A DNA stretch of 32,000 bases from contig CAYJVY010000001.1 in assembly GCA_964373795.1 (NCBI GenBank), positions 39,437 through 71,436 of the forward strand. The letters run 5' to 3'. The position numbers and the translations under genes were made by a program. Below, in pieces: positions 1 to 8,238 of this stretch. This DNA comes from an uncultured archaeon (GTDB taxonomy: Archaea; Iainarchaeota; Iainarchaeia; Iainarchaeales; DATDZZ01). A model generated the notes under the pieces. The model ran no database searches. It was not told the origin of the DNA and worked only from the letters and a program-made list of their open reading frames with translations. Within the stretch, counting starts at the first letter, position 1; each line of letters starts with the position of its first letter.

Positions 1-1
1 A

Positions 2-214
2 ATTCTTTGCCACGAGTTTTTAATAAAAGAATATAGGTTAGGAGAAGTTGTTTTAGAAGAAAATGTTTTAATTGGAGCAAACTCTCTTGTATTGCCTGGA
101 GTAAGAATTGGAAAAAACTCAATTGTTTCAGCAATGAGTTTAGTGAATAAAGATGTTTTAGAAAACTCTTTTGTTGGAGGTGTGCCAGCAAAAAAAATTA
201 AAGTGAATTCATGA
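2..214 (+). CDS. Hexapeptide-repeat (left-handed beta-helix) acyl/acetyltransferase, C-terminal fragment; 5' end lies outside the window
   Basis: Frame 2 is open from the window edge and reads ...[58 protein letters not shown]. This shows tandem [LIV]-G-x4 hexapeptide units and the GVPAK-I tail usual for this family. TGA 212-214 overlaps the next ATG (ATGA). Confidence 0.6.
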   Translation: MLCHEFLIKEYRLGEVVLEENVLIGANSLVLPGVRIGKNSIVSAMSLVNKDVLENSFVGGVPAKKIKVNS

Positions 215-813
215 ATTTAAAAAAAATCTTGTTTTGGATTATCATTATTGCAAATGTTTTAGGAATTCTTTACGGAGTAATATTCTTTTATTCCACAGCA
301 TTAATGCAAGCAATCTCTATGGGAGAATTGTGGAAGGTTTTGTTTATTCCTGATTCTCCAATGTCAACTTTTTTTATTACTCTTTCATTGATTTTAATTT
401 TTTTTGGTTTTGAAAAAAAATTGAATTTAATTCACTTGCTTGCATTTGCTTTAGCAGTGAAATACGGTTTTTGGAGTGTATTTGTTTTAGCATTTTATTC
501 TTCAACTTATTTAACTCAAGGAATTGAATTGTACAGTGTTTTATTTCTTGCACACATTGGATTATTTTTAGAAGCATTTCTATTGATTTCAAAAGTTGAA
601 GTGAAGAAATGGATGATTGCAGTTGTTTTAATTCTGCTCTTAGTAAACGATGTAAGTGATTATTTTTTTGGAACACACCCTCCATTGCCTGAAAATTCCT
701 TGCAATTTATGTTTTTGTTTACTGGAGTTATATCAATTCTTGTAACTGCTTTTGCTTATGCTGTTTTAACTTTGAAAAAAACTCCAATACTGGATTTAAT
801 TGATCAGAAATGA
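211..813 (+). CDS. Polytopic integral membrane protein of unknown function
   Basis: 200-aa ORF with about six hydrophobic helices ([107 protein letters not shown]). Its start is coupled to the upstream stop. No family assigned with confidence. Confidence 0.55.
   Translation: MNLKKILFWIIIIANVLGILYGVIFFYSTALMQAISMGELWKVLFIPDSPMSTFFITLSLILIFFGFEKKLNLIHLLAFALAVKYGFWSVFVLAFYSSTYLTQGIELYSVLFLAHIGLFLEAFLLISKVEVKKWMIAVVLILLLVNDVSDYFFGTHPPLPENSLQFMFLFTGVISILVTAFAYAVLTLKKTPILDLIDQK
782..797 (+). repeat. Left copy of an exact 16-nt direct repeat CTCCAATACTGGATTT
   Basis: The identical 16-mer recurs at 1537-1552. This copy encodes ..TPILDL.. at the 3' end of the membrane-protein gene. Confidence 0.85.
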
Positions 814-859
814 CACTTATAAATTGTATGTGAGAATGATAATGTTGGAGGCAATTTAA

Positions 860-1477
860 TTGCTTAAAAATTTTTTCAAGTCTAGAGAAGAAAGTTTTTG
901 GAATTGGTTTAAAGAAAACTCTAAAGAATTGTTTGAATTTGATCCAGACAAGAACAGCCAAGAAATAGTTTCAGAACTCAGAAAAGAATTAAACAAAGTC
1001 AACCCTGGATTGGTTTGGGAACTTGGACCAACACTAAAAGGAAAAAGAGAATTCACTATAAGTGCCGATGGAATAAGGAAATTGTTTCCAGAGGTAATAA
1101 AACTCGTGGAGAAGGCTCCAAAGATTGAACAATGGAAAATTTTAGCATTCAGGCAGAGAACAAATCTAAAAAACACTTCAATCATTACAATAGACGGGTT
1201 AAAAGTTGCATTAAAGGAAATTTATTTCGAAGTCAAAGACGATAAAGGCAGGCTAGGAATAACTTTGTACATAAAAAACTACCATAAAGAAGACAAAAGA
1301 TTCAATCAAGCAGCCTTTCTGCTTTTAGACACCCTACTAGGCGAATATGATGTTGAAACAAAAATAGGATTCATCGAAATATTTCCACTTGCGGAAGATA
1401 AGAAAAAGTTACTGCAATTGAACAAACTACCAAATATTATTGACAGAATTGAACCAGAAAAAACAATTGCGGCATAA
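860..1477 (+). CDS. Hypothetical cytosolic protein (205 aa), no recognised family
   Basis: Long ORF with no internal Met. TTG start at 860 is preceded by GGAGG (847-851) at 8-nt spacing. Composition is non-membrane and mixed-charge. Confidence 0.55.
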   Translation: MLKNFFKSREESFWNWFKENSKELFEFDPDKNSQEIVSELRKELNKVNPGLVWELGPTLKGKREFTISADGIRKLFPEVIKLVEKAPKIEQWKILAFRQRTNLKNTSIITIDGLKVALKEIYFEVKDDKGRLGITLYIKNYHKEDKRFNQAAFLLLDTLLGEYDVETKIGFIEIFPLAEDKKKLLQLNKLPNIIDRIEPEKTIAA

Positions 1478-1536
1478 CCTTAATTGAAAGGAATTTTTTA
1501 TACATCTGAGAAGAAACACTCAAGTACAAAGAATTG

Positions 1537-1552
1537 CTCCAATACTGGATTT
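1537..1552 (+). repeat. Right copy of the exact 16-nt direct repeat CTCCAATACTGGATTT
   Basis: Identical to 782-797. In the equivalent frame it reads ..APILDLFENKKIKI*, echoing the ..[10 protein letters not shown] tail of ORF 211-813. Confidence 0.85.
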
Positions 1553-1628
1553 GTTTGAAAATAAAAAAATTAAAATTTAAGTTAAATTACAGTTAATCTC
1601 CCAGTTGAAATTATACTTTTTTCAAACA

Positions 1629-1646
1629 AAAATTTTGCAAAATTTT
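1629..1646. promoter_or_regulatory. Perfect 18-nt palindrome AAAATTTTGCAAAATTTT, candidate dimeric regulator site
   Basis: The sequence equals its own reverse complement. It lies about 45 nt upstream of the BRE/TATA-like element of the arsR-suf cluster. It is AT-rich, so chance occurrence is not excluded. Confidence 0.25.
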
Positions 1647-1686
1647 AAAAGAAAAAGCCATTAGTTTTAATCTCTAATTTTAAACC

Positions 1687-1700
1687 AAAACCTTTATATA
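1687..1700 (+). promoter_or_regulatory. Archaeal BRE/TATA-like promoter element AAAACCTTTATATA
   Basis: A purine-rich BRE-like AAAACC is followed by TTTATATA. A TSS about 25 nt downstream would fall near 1722-1726, upstream of GGAG (1734-1737) and ATG 1747. The same 12-mer AAAACCTTTATA recurs at 25571-25582 upstream of the RNR. Confidence 0.4.
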
Positions 1701-1746
1701 TCATATGAAACATAATTCATATATTCCTTGTTTGGAGAACTGTTTT

Positions 1747-2115
1747 ATGCAGATACTTGAATCGAAGCCGTATAATTTGTGTTTTGATACTCTTGCAAAC
1801 GAGTTAAGAATTAGTATTTTAAAGTCTTTAAGTAATGGATCTAAATCAGTTGAAGAAATAGTTAAAGAAACTCAGGCTGAACAATCCAGAGTTAGTCATT
1901 CACTGAAAATACTTAAAGTATGCAATTACGTTGAAGTGAAAAAAAAAGGAAAGCAACACATTTATTCCTTAAAAAAAGGTTTAACTGCTTCAACTCAAGT
2001 TAATACTAACAGCAAAAAACCATTGCATTTAGCTTTTCTAGATTACCATGTTGAAAACTTTTGCCATAATGAATGCAAAAAACACGAATTATTATCAGTA
2101 AATAAAAAGGAGTGA
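1747..2115 (+). CDS. ArsR/SmtB-family winged-helix transcriptional regulator (candidate suf cluster regulator)
   Basis: FDTLANELRISILKSLSNGSKSVEEIVKETQAEQSRVSHSLKILKVCNYVEVKKKGKQHIYSL matches the ArsR HTH plus wing. I prefer ATG 1747 (GGAG 9-10 nt upstream, downstream of the TATA-like box) over the ORF-track start at 1705, but 1705 remains possible. C-terminal CHNEC pair. Confidence 0.7.
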   Translation: MQILESKPYNLCFDTLANELRISILKSLSNGSKSVEEIVKETQAEQSRVSHSLKILKVCNYVEVKKKGKQHIYSLKKGLTASTQVNTNSKKPLHLAFLDYHVENFCHNECKKHELLSVNKKE

Positions 2116-2119
2116 AAAA

Positions 2120-2917
2120 ATGACTGCTTTAGAAATAATTGATTTACATGCAAGCGTGGAAGGAAAAGAAATCTTGAAAGGAATTAATTTAAGAATTGAA
2201 AAAGGAGAAATTCATGCAATCATGGGGCCAAATGGAAGTGGAAAAAGCACTTTATCAAACATTATAATGGGGCATCCAAAATATGAAGTCACTCAAGGAA
2301 AAATTTTCTTCAACGACAAAAATGTTTTAGGAATGACTCCAGATGAAAGAGGCAGAACAGGATTATTTTTATCTTTTCAATATCCTTTTGAAATTCAAGG
2401 ACTAGGTTTTACTAGATTTTTATTGGCAGCATTTAAGGCAAGGTTTCCTGAAAAAGAAATTAATCCACTTGACTTGCAAAAATTGTTAAAAGAAAAAGCA
2501 GAATTATTGCACTTCAAATCTGAAATGATTAGAAGAGAATTAAATGTAGGTTTTTCTGGAGGAGAAAAAAAACGCGCGGAAATTCTTCAAATGCTTGTAT
2601 TACAGCCTTCAATGGCTTTACTGGATGAAACAGATTCAGGACTAGATATTGATTCATTGAAATTAGTTTCCGATGCTGTTAACTCAATGCGTTCAAAAGA
2701 ATTCAGTGCATTAATTGTAACTCATTATAAAAGAATTTTAAATTACTTAAAACCAGATTTTGTTCACGTACTATGCAATGGAAAAATTATTGCTTCAGGG
2801 GATAAAACTTTAGCAGACAAATTAGAAGAAAAAGGATATAAAGAATTTTTAATTGAACAAGGAATTGAAGAAAAAGTTGTTAAAGAAGTAGAAAAAGCAG
2901 AGGAAACAAATGCCTGA
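2120..2917 (+). CDS. sufC: Fe-S cluster assembly ATPase SufC
   Basis: Walker [13 protein letters not shown] signature FSGGEKKR, Walker [13 protein letters not shown]. Soluble ABC ATPase with no TM domain. 8-nt overlap with sufB (ATGCCTGA). Confidence 0.9.
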   Translation: MTALEIIDLHASVEGKEILKGINLRIEKGEIHAIMGPNGSGKSTLSNIIMGHPKYEVTQGKIFFNDKNVLGMTPDERGRTGLFLSFQYPFEIQGLGFTRFLLAAFKARFPEKEINPLDLQKLLKEKAELLHFKSEMIRRELNVGFSGGEKKRAEILQMLVLQPSMALLDETDSGLDIDSLKLVSDAVNSMRSKEFSALIVTHYKRILNYLKPDFVHVLCNGKIIASGDKTLADKLEEKGYKEFLIEQGIEEKVVKEVEKAEETNA

Positions 2918-4805
2918 AAACACTAAACAAGAAGTTTTAGCTTCTTCAAGAGATTACACTAAATATGACTTTCATTACAATACAAAAGACTATGATGTAA
3001 TTTTAGAAAAAGGATTAAATGAAGACATAGTTAAACAAATTTCTAAAATTAAAAACGAACCTCAATGGATGTTAGATTTTAGATTAAAAGCTTTAAAAGC
3101 ATTCATGGAAAAAGCAATGCCTTCATGGGGAGCTAATTTATCTAAGATTAATTTTGATGAAATAACTTATTACTTAAAGCCTTCAGGTGAAAAAAAAAGT
3201 TGGGAAGAAGTTCCTCAATACATTAAAGAAACATTTGACAGACTTGGAATTCCTGATGCTGAAAGAAAATTTTTAGCAGGAGTAGGAGCTCAAATTGATT
3301 CAGAAGTAGTATATCATAATATTAGAAAAGACTTAGAAAAACTTGGAGTAGTTTTTTTAAGCATGGATGAAGGATTAAAACAGTTTCCTGAAATAGTGAA
3401 AAAATATTTCGCAACAATTATTCCATTAAATGACAATAAATTTGCTGCACTAAATTCAGCTGTATGGAGTGGGGGAAGCTTTGTATTCATTCCTCCAAAC
3501 ACTAAAGTCCATATTCCTTTACAAGCATATTTCAGAATTAACGCTGAAAGAATGGGTCAATTTGAAAGAACATTAATTGTTGTAGGAGAAAACTCTCAAG
3601 TACATTACATTGAAGGCTGCTTTACTGCAGGAACTGAAATAAAAACTTATGAGAGTCCTAAAAAAATTGAGGAAATTAAAGTTGGCGAGAAAGTATTAAC
3701 TCATACAGGAGAATACAAAAAAGTTTATCACACTCAAGTAAGACCTTACACAGGAAAAATTTATTCAATTGAATATGTGATAAATGGAAAGAGTGTAAAA
3801 ACTGAGGCAACAGAAGAACATCCTTTTTTAGGTACAAAACAAAAAGAAGGAAAATTAGAATGGATTAATGCAAATAAATTACAACAACAAAATTATTTAG
3901 CAGTTTTATTAGAAAACACTCAAACAAGTGAAGAAATTTCAATTGGAAATCAACAAATGCTACAAAAAATTAACGCAAAATATGCATTTGTTCCAATAAA
4001 GAAAATCTCTGCTAAAGAAGTAGAAAATCTACCTGTATATAATTTTAGCGTAGAAAAAGATGAAAGTTATATTGCAAACGGCGTTGCAGTACATAACTGC
4101 ACTGCCCCACAATTTTCAAGTGATTCATTGCATGCAGCAGTTGTAGAAGTAATTGCTTTACCTGGAGCCCATGTAAGATATACTACAATTCAAAACTGGG
4201 CTGATAATATTTATAACTTGGTTACAAAAAGAGCTTATGCGTACAGGGATTCTACAGTGGAATGGATTGATTGTAATTTAGGTAGCCAAGTTACAATGAA
4301 ATATCCTTCTGTTTATTTAATGGAGGCAGGCTCGAAAGCAGAGATTTTAAGTGTAGCTTTAGCTGGAAAAAATCAGCACCAAGATGCTGGAGCAAAAGTA
4401 ATTCATTTAGCTTCAAACACTACTTCAAGAATTACAAGCAAAAGCATTAGCAAGGACGGAGGAAGAACTTCTTACAGAGGACAAGTAAAAGTGTATAAAG
4501 GAGCTAAAAACGTGAAATCAAATGTAGTATGTGATGCATTAATTTTAGATAAAGATTCTCGTTCAGATACTTATCCTTGCATTGATATTGATGAACCAAC
4601 TGCAACAATTGCTCATGAAGCAAGCGTTGGAAAAATCAGTGAAGAACAATTATTTTATTTAATGTCTAGAGGATTAAAAGAACAAGAAGCATTAACAATG
4701 ATTGTAATGGGTTTCATTCAACCATTTGCTAAAACCCTTCCAATGGAATATGCAATTGAATTAAACAGGTTAATTGAAGTGCAAATGGAAAACTCGGTTG
4801 GCTAA
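2910..4805 (+). CDS. sufB: Fe-S cluster assembly scaffold SufB, interrupted in frame by a 160-aa mini-intein
   Basis: Flanks of the insert join to [23 protein letters not shown] (the EGCTAP SufB motif). C-terminus [34 protein letters not shown] is typical SufB. 631 aa minus 160 leaves 471 aa of extein. Confidence 0.9.
   Translation: MPENTKQEVLASSRDYTKYDFHYNTKDYDVILEKGLNEDIVKQISKIKNEPQWMLDFRLKALKAFMEKAMPSWGANLSKINFDEITYYLKPSGEKKSWEEVPQYIKETFDRLGIPDAERKFLAGVGAQIDSEVVYHNIRKDLEKLGVVFLSMDEGLKQFPEIVKKYFATIIPLNDNKFAALNSAVWSGGSFVFIPPNTKVHIPLQAYFRINAERMGQFERTLIVVGENSQVHYIEGCFTAGTEIKTYESPKKIEEIKVGEKVLTHTGEYKKVYHTQVRPYTGKIYSIEYVINGKSVKTEATEEHPFLGTKQKEGKLEWINANKLQQQNYLAVLLENTQTSEEISIGNQQMLQKINAKYAFVPIKKISAKEVENLPVYNFSVEKDESYIANGVAVHNCTAPQFSSDSLHAAVVEVIALPGAHVRYTTIQNWADNIYNLVTKRAYAYRDSTVEWIDCNLGSQVTMKYPSVYLMEAGSKAEILSVALAGKNQHQDAGAKVIHLASNTTSRITSKSISKDGGRTSYRGQVKVYKGAKNVKSNVVCDALILDKDSRSDTYPCIDIDEPTATIAHEASVGKISEEQLFYLMSRGLKEQEALTMIVMGFIQPFAKTLPMEYAIELNRLIEVQMENSVG
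3618..4097 (+). mobile_element. Mini-intein (Hint domain only, no homing endonuclease) in SufB
   Basis: It starts with Cys ([10 protein letters not shown], block A), has a TxxH block B (ATEEHPFL) and block F/G ([21 protein letters not shown]), and is followed by a +1 Cys (CTAP). Exactly 480 nt. Confidence 0.85.
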
Positions 4806-4835
4806 GCTTTTGAAACTGTTTCAACTGGTGAAAAA

Positions 4836-5999
4836 ATGCAGGAATTAAAATTAATTAAAACTTTTGCGCACGAACCTAAATGGCTTGAATTGTATAGAGA
4901 AAAAAATGCGCAAATAGTTAAAGAAAGGCCTTTGAAAAAACATTTATATTTTAATTTAAATGAATTAAATAAAGCAATTGAAAGCAAAGAAGTAAACAGC
5001 AATGCTGAAAATGTTTTGCCAAAAGAATTAGAAAAACTTGGATTAAAAGTAATGGATTGGAAAACTGCCTTGCAAAAAGTTGAATCTGAATTGCAAGCAA
5101 TTTTAGAAAACGAGCAAACAGCTAAAAACCAATTTGAAGCATTCATTAATGCAAACTTTAATTCTGGATTTATAGTAATTGTTCCAAAAAACTTTGATTC
5201 AAAAAAATTAATTGAATTAAATATTCGAGTTTCTGAAAACTGTATTGCCAAAAATATTTTTTTAATTGAAGAAAATATTCAAGGAATAAAAATTAGTGAA
5301 ACAATTGAAGGGCAAAAACTGTTTTGCAGCGAAGTAATTAAAGTAAAACCTGATTCAGAAATATTTTTTGTTCGAACTCATAATGAGAAAGGATTATGCT
5401 TTGCTTTTCAGCAAACAATTATTGAAAAAAATGCAAGGCTTCAAAACACTAATTTATGGATTGAAGCAGATTTCTTGAAAGGCGGAACAATTAATGCCTT
5501 GCATGGTCAAGGAGCAAATATACAGCAATTTGATTTAATTTTGTCAAACAAAAATCAAAAAGTTGATTTAAATCAAATGTTACTACATATTGCAACTGAT
5601 TCAACTAGTTTCAGTGTATTAAAAAACGTGTTATTTGATGAATCAAAAAATGTTTTTGATGGAATGATTAAAATTCTTCCTTCAGGGCAGAGAACTAATG
5701 CATTACTTCAAGCGCATTCAATTTTGTTGAGTGAGAATGCTTCAAGCAATAATTCTCCTGGACTAGAAATTGAAGCAGATGATGTAAAAGCAACTCATTC
5801 AGCTAGCGTTGAACAAATAGATGAAGAACAATTATTTTACTTACAGTCACGAGGAGTAAACAAACTTGAAGCAAAACAAATGATTGTATTAGGGTTTCTT
5901 GAAAGCATGGTAAATAAAATTCATGAAGAATTTCATGAAAAATTATTTAACGTGATTTCAAGTAAATGGAAAAAAATTCAAGGCGAAAAAAATGTTTAA
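4836..5999 (+). CDS. sufD: Fe-S cluster assembly protein SufD
   Basis: The C-terminal beta-helix/helical region THSASVEQIDEEQLFYLQSRGVNKLEAKQMIVLGF is paralogous to the SufB C-terminus. Position is between sufB and sufS. Confidence 0.85.
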   Translation: MQELKLIKTFAHEPKWLELYREKNAQIVKERPLKKHLYFNLNELNKAIESKEVNSNAENVLPKELEKLGLKVMDWKTALQKVESELQAILENEQTAKNQFEAFINANFNSGFIVIVPKNFDSKKLIELNIRVSENCIAKNIFLIEENIQGIKISETIEGQKLFCSEVIKVKPDSEIFFVRTHNEKGLCFAFQQTIIEKNARLQNTNLWIEADFLKGGTINALHGQGANIQQFDLILSNKNQKVDLNQMLLHIATDSTSFSVLKNVLFDESKNVFDGMIKILPSGQRTNALLQAHSILLSENASSNNSPGLEIEADDVKATHSASVEQIDEEQLFYLQSRGVNKLEAKQMIVLGFLESMVNKIHEEFHEKLFNVISSKWKKIQGEKNV

Positions 6000-7212
6000 T
6001 CCTGAAAAAGTTAGGGAAGATTTTCCAATACTGAAAAGAAAAATTAAGGGCAAGCCATTAATTTACTTAGATAATGCTGCTACAACTCAAAAACCAAGGC
6101 AAGTAATTGAGTCAATAGTGGATTATTATTCAAATTATAATGCAAATGTTCACAGAGGCTTGCATCAATTAAGTGAAGAAGCTTCTCAAGCATTTGAACA
6201 AGCTCATAAAAAAACAGCTGAATTCATTAATGCTAATTCAATACAGGAAATTGTTTTCACTAAAAACACTACTGAAGCATTAAATTTAGCTGCATATACT
6301 TTAACTCAAAATCTTTCAAAAGGAGACGAAATAGTGATTTCAAAAATGGAGCATCATTCAAATTTTGTTCCATGGCAGCAACTTGCTTTACAAAAAGGAT
6401 TAAAACTGAAATTCATTGAAGTAAACTCTAATGGAACTTTGAATTTGAATGACTTAAATGAATTGATTTCAAGGAAAACCAAGATTGTTTCAGTAAACTT
6501 TGTTTCAAATGTTTTAGGAACAATTAATGATGTAAAAAAAATTGAAAAAATTGCTCATGAAAATAATTCAATATTTGTAGTTGACGCGGCTCAAGCAGTT
6601 CCTCACATAAAAGTTGATGTAAAAAAATTGAATGCAGATTTCCTTGCCTTTTCAGGACATAAAATGCTTGGCCCTACAGGAATAGGAGTTTTATATGGAA
6701 AAAAACACATATTGGAAGAATTAAATCCATTCTTATTTGGAGGGGATATGATTTCAGAGGTTTCATTAAATGAAACTTCTTTCAATGAATTGCCTTGGAA
6801 ATTTGAAGCAGGCACTCCAAATATTGCTGGAGCAATTGGTTTAGCTGCAGCAATTGATTACTTGAATTTAATTGGATTGGAAAGCATTGAAAAACATGAA
6901 AAGGAATTGCTTAAATACTCTTTAGAAAAATTAAAAGAAATTGATGGAATAATTTTCTATGGATCTGAAGACTTAAATAATAGAACTGGAGTTATTTCAT
7001 TTAATTTGAAAGGCGTGCATCCACACGACGTTTCAACAATTTTAAATGAAAATGGAATAGCAATTAGAGCAGGAGATCATTGTGCTCAACCATTAATGAA
7101 AGAATTAGGAATAATCGGCTCGAATAGAATAAGTTTTTACTTGTACAACTTGAAAAAGGAAGTAGATGAAGTAGTGAAATCTTTAACTCAAACAATTAAA
7201 TTATTTAGGTAA
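5992..7212 (+). CDS. sufS: Cysteine desulfurase SufS (PLP-dependent, group II)
   Basis: YLDNAATTQKP N-terminus, PLP-lysine motif FSGHKMLGPTGIGVLYG, catalytic Cys loop RAGDHCAQPL. 8-nt overlap with sufD. Confidence 0.9.
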   Translation: MFNPEKVREDFPILKRKIKGKPLIYLDNAATTQKPRQVIESIVDYYSNYNANVHRGLHQLSEEASQAFEQAHKKTAEFINANSIQEIVFTKNTTEALNLAAYTLTQNLSKGDEIVISKMEHHSNFVPWQQLALQKGLKLKFIEVNSNGTLNLNDLNELISRKTKIVSVNFVSNVLGTINDVKKIEKIAHENNSIFVVDAAQAVPHIKVDVKKLNADFLAFSGHKMLGPTGIGVLYGKKHILEELNPFLFGGDMISEVSLNETSFNELPWKFEAGTPNIAGAIGLAAAIDYLNLIGLESIEKHEKELLKYSLEKLKEIDGIIFYGSEDLNNRTGVISFNLKGVHPHDVSTILNENGIAIRAGDHCAQPLMKELGIIGSNRISFYLYNLKKEVDEVVKSLTQTIKLFR

Positions 7213-7217
7213 ATTAA

Positions 7218-7643
7218 ATGAATTCACTTGAACAAGCAAACGAAATTTATTCAGAAATAATTTTAGATTTATTTAAACACCCAATTAATAAGGGTTTTTT
7301 AAAAGATTTTGACTTACAAGCATCTGGCGGAAACCCTATTTGTGGAGACAAAGTGCAATTCCAAGTAAAATTCTCAAACAACAAAGTTGAAGGAATTAAA
7401 TTCACTGGACAAGGATGCGCGATTTCAATGGCTTCGGCTTCAATGCTTACAGATTTAGTTAAAGGGAAAACAATTCAAGAAATAAAAAATTTAAATGAAA
7501 AAGACGTTTTTGAAGTTTTAGGAAACATTATTGAAACCAGAATTAAATGTTCTTTGCTTGGGTTAGTTGTTTTAAAGAAAGGCTTGGAAGAAATTGAAAA
7601 AAAGCCTGCAACAAAAGTCATAATTAGTTCAATTAAAATTTAA
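7218..7643 (+). CDS. sufU: SufU-type (IscU/NifU-like) sulfur transfer/scaffold protein
   Basis: Three conserved Cys contexts: GNPICGDKV, GQGCAISMASASML, RIKCSLLG. Immediately downstream of sufS. Confidence 0.85.
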   Translation: MNSLEQANEIYSEIILDLFKHPINKGFLKDFDLQASGGNPICGDKVQFQVKFSNNKVEGIKFTGQGCAISMASASMLTDLVKGKTIQEIKNLNEKDVFEVLGNIIETRIKCSLLGLVVLKKGLEEIEKKPATKVIISSIKI

Positions 7644-7651
7644 GTGAAAAA

Positions 7652-7870
7652 ATGAAGCTGCAAAAAATTTCTGAAACAAATACTGTAAGAGAAGTAATTG
7701 ATTCGTTTCCTGAAACAAAAAAAATTTTACTTAGACATGGAATTAATTGTATTGGTTGCCATGCAAGCTATGGTTCAACTATTGAACAAGCAATTTATTC
7801 AAGTGGAAAAAAATTTGTTGAATTAAATGAATTAATAAATGAATTAAATGAATCAATAGAGAAAGATTAA
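7652..7870 (+). CDS. DUF1858 / ScdA-N-like small CxxC protein
   Basis: TVREVIDSFPETKKILLRHGINCIGCHASYGSTIEQA resembles the DUF1858 domain found at the N-terminus of RIC/ScdA-type iron-centre repair proteins (recognition from memory). Confidence 0.55.
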   Translation: MKLQKISETNTVREVIDSFPETKKILLRHGINCIGCHASYGSTIEQAIYSSGKKFVELNELINELNESIEKD

Positions 7871-7911
7871 TAAAATTAAATCAATTAATTAATGCTTAAG
7901 GAGGACATTTA

Positions 7912-8166
7912 ATGGGTAAATACAAAATTGAACACGATCGCCCAAATTGCATTGGTTGCGCGGCTTGCGCTTCAGTTAACCCTGATTTTTGGGTAATGGA
8001 TGCAGACGGAAAATCAGACATAGTTGGAGGAAAAAAACTTCCAAATGGAGAAGAAGAATTGGATATTGAAGACAAGGATTTTAAATCAAATAAAGAAGCA
8101 GCAGATGTTTGCCCTGTAAACGTAATTCACATTCGCGATAAAGAACAAAATAAAAGAATAATTTAA
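7912..8166 (+). CDS. Small mono-cluster ferredoxin
   Basis: CIGCAACASVNP ... CPVNVIHI gives a CxxCxxC...CP ligand set for a single [4Fe-4S]/[3Fe-4S] cluster. GGAGG (7900-7904) precedes the start. Confidence 0.7.
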   Translation: MGKYKIEHDRPNCIGCAACASVNPDFWVMDADGKSDIVGGKKLPNGEEELDIEDKDFKSNKEAADVCPVNVIHIRDKEQNKRII

Positions 8167-8238
8167 TTTTTCAAAGCAAAGAGAGTTTTTAGTTGCTCAC
8201 CAAAAACACTTTAAAGATGTTTCTCTCTATTTAATTCA

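Noticed and set aside
1478-1704. tRNA, rRNA or CRISPR arrays in the larger spacers (1478-1704, 15493-15770, 25312-25819, 30933-31112, 31847-32000)
   Set aside because: I found no cloverleaf-compatible G/C-rich stems, no rRNA-like segments, and no regularly spaced direct repeats. The only repeats seen are the 16-mer pair, the 12-mer promoter word and the 13-mer SD context reported above.
1705-1746. ORF-track starts upstream of better-supported ATGs: 1705 (arsR-like), 25805 TTG (RNR), 29513 GTG (dcd)
   Set aside because: 1705 sits only 5 nt after the TATA-like box and would lie upstream of the predicted TSS. 25820 and 29573 are ATGs with well-spaced SD sequences (GAGG, GGTGG), and family N-termini begin there. 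The extensions are not excluded experimentally.
3618-4097. Homing endonuclease (LAGLIDADG, HNH, GIY-YIG) domain inside either intein
   Set aside because: I see no LAGLIDADG-like dodecapeptide or HNH/Cys-His motif. 160 aa is about the size of a bare Hint domain, so both are called mini-inteins.
8181-8227. Hairpin GTTTTT-AGTTGCTCACC-AAAAAC flanked by GAGAG/CTCTC between the ferredoxin and VIT1 genes
   Set aside because: It is plausibly just a weak terminator or spacer structure. The stems are short and AT-rich, and nothing distinguishes it from chance in this composition.
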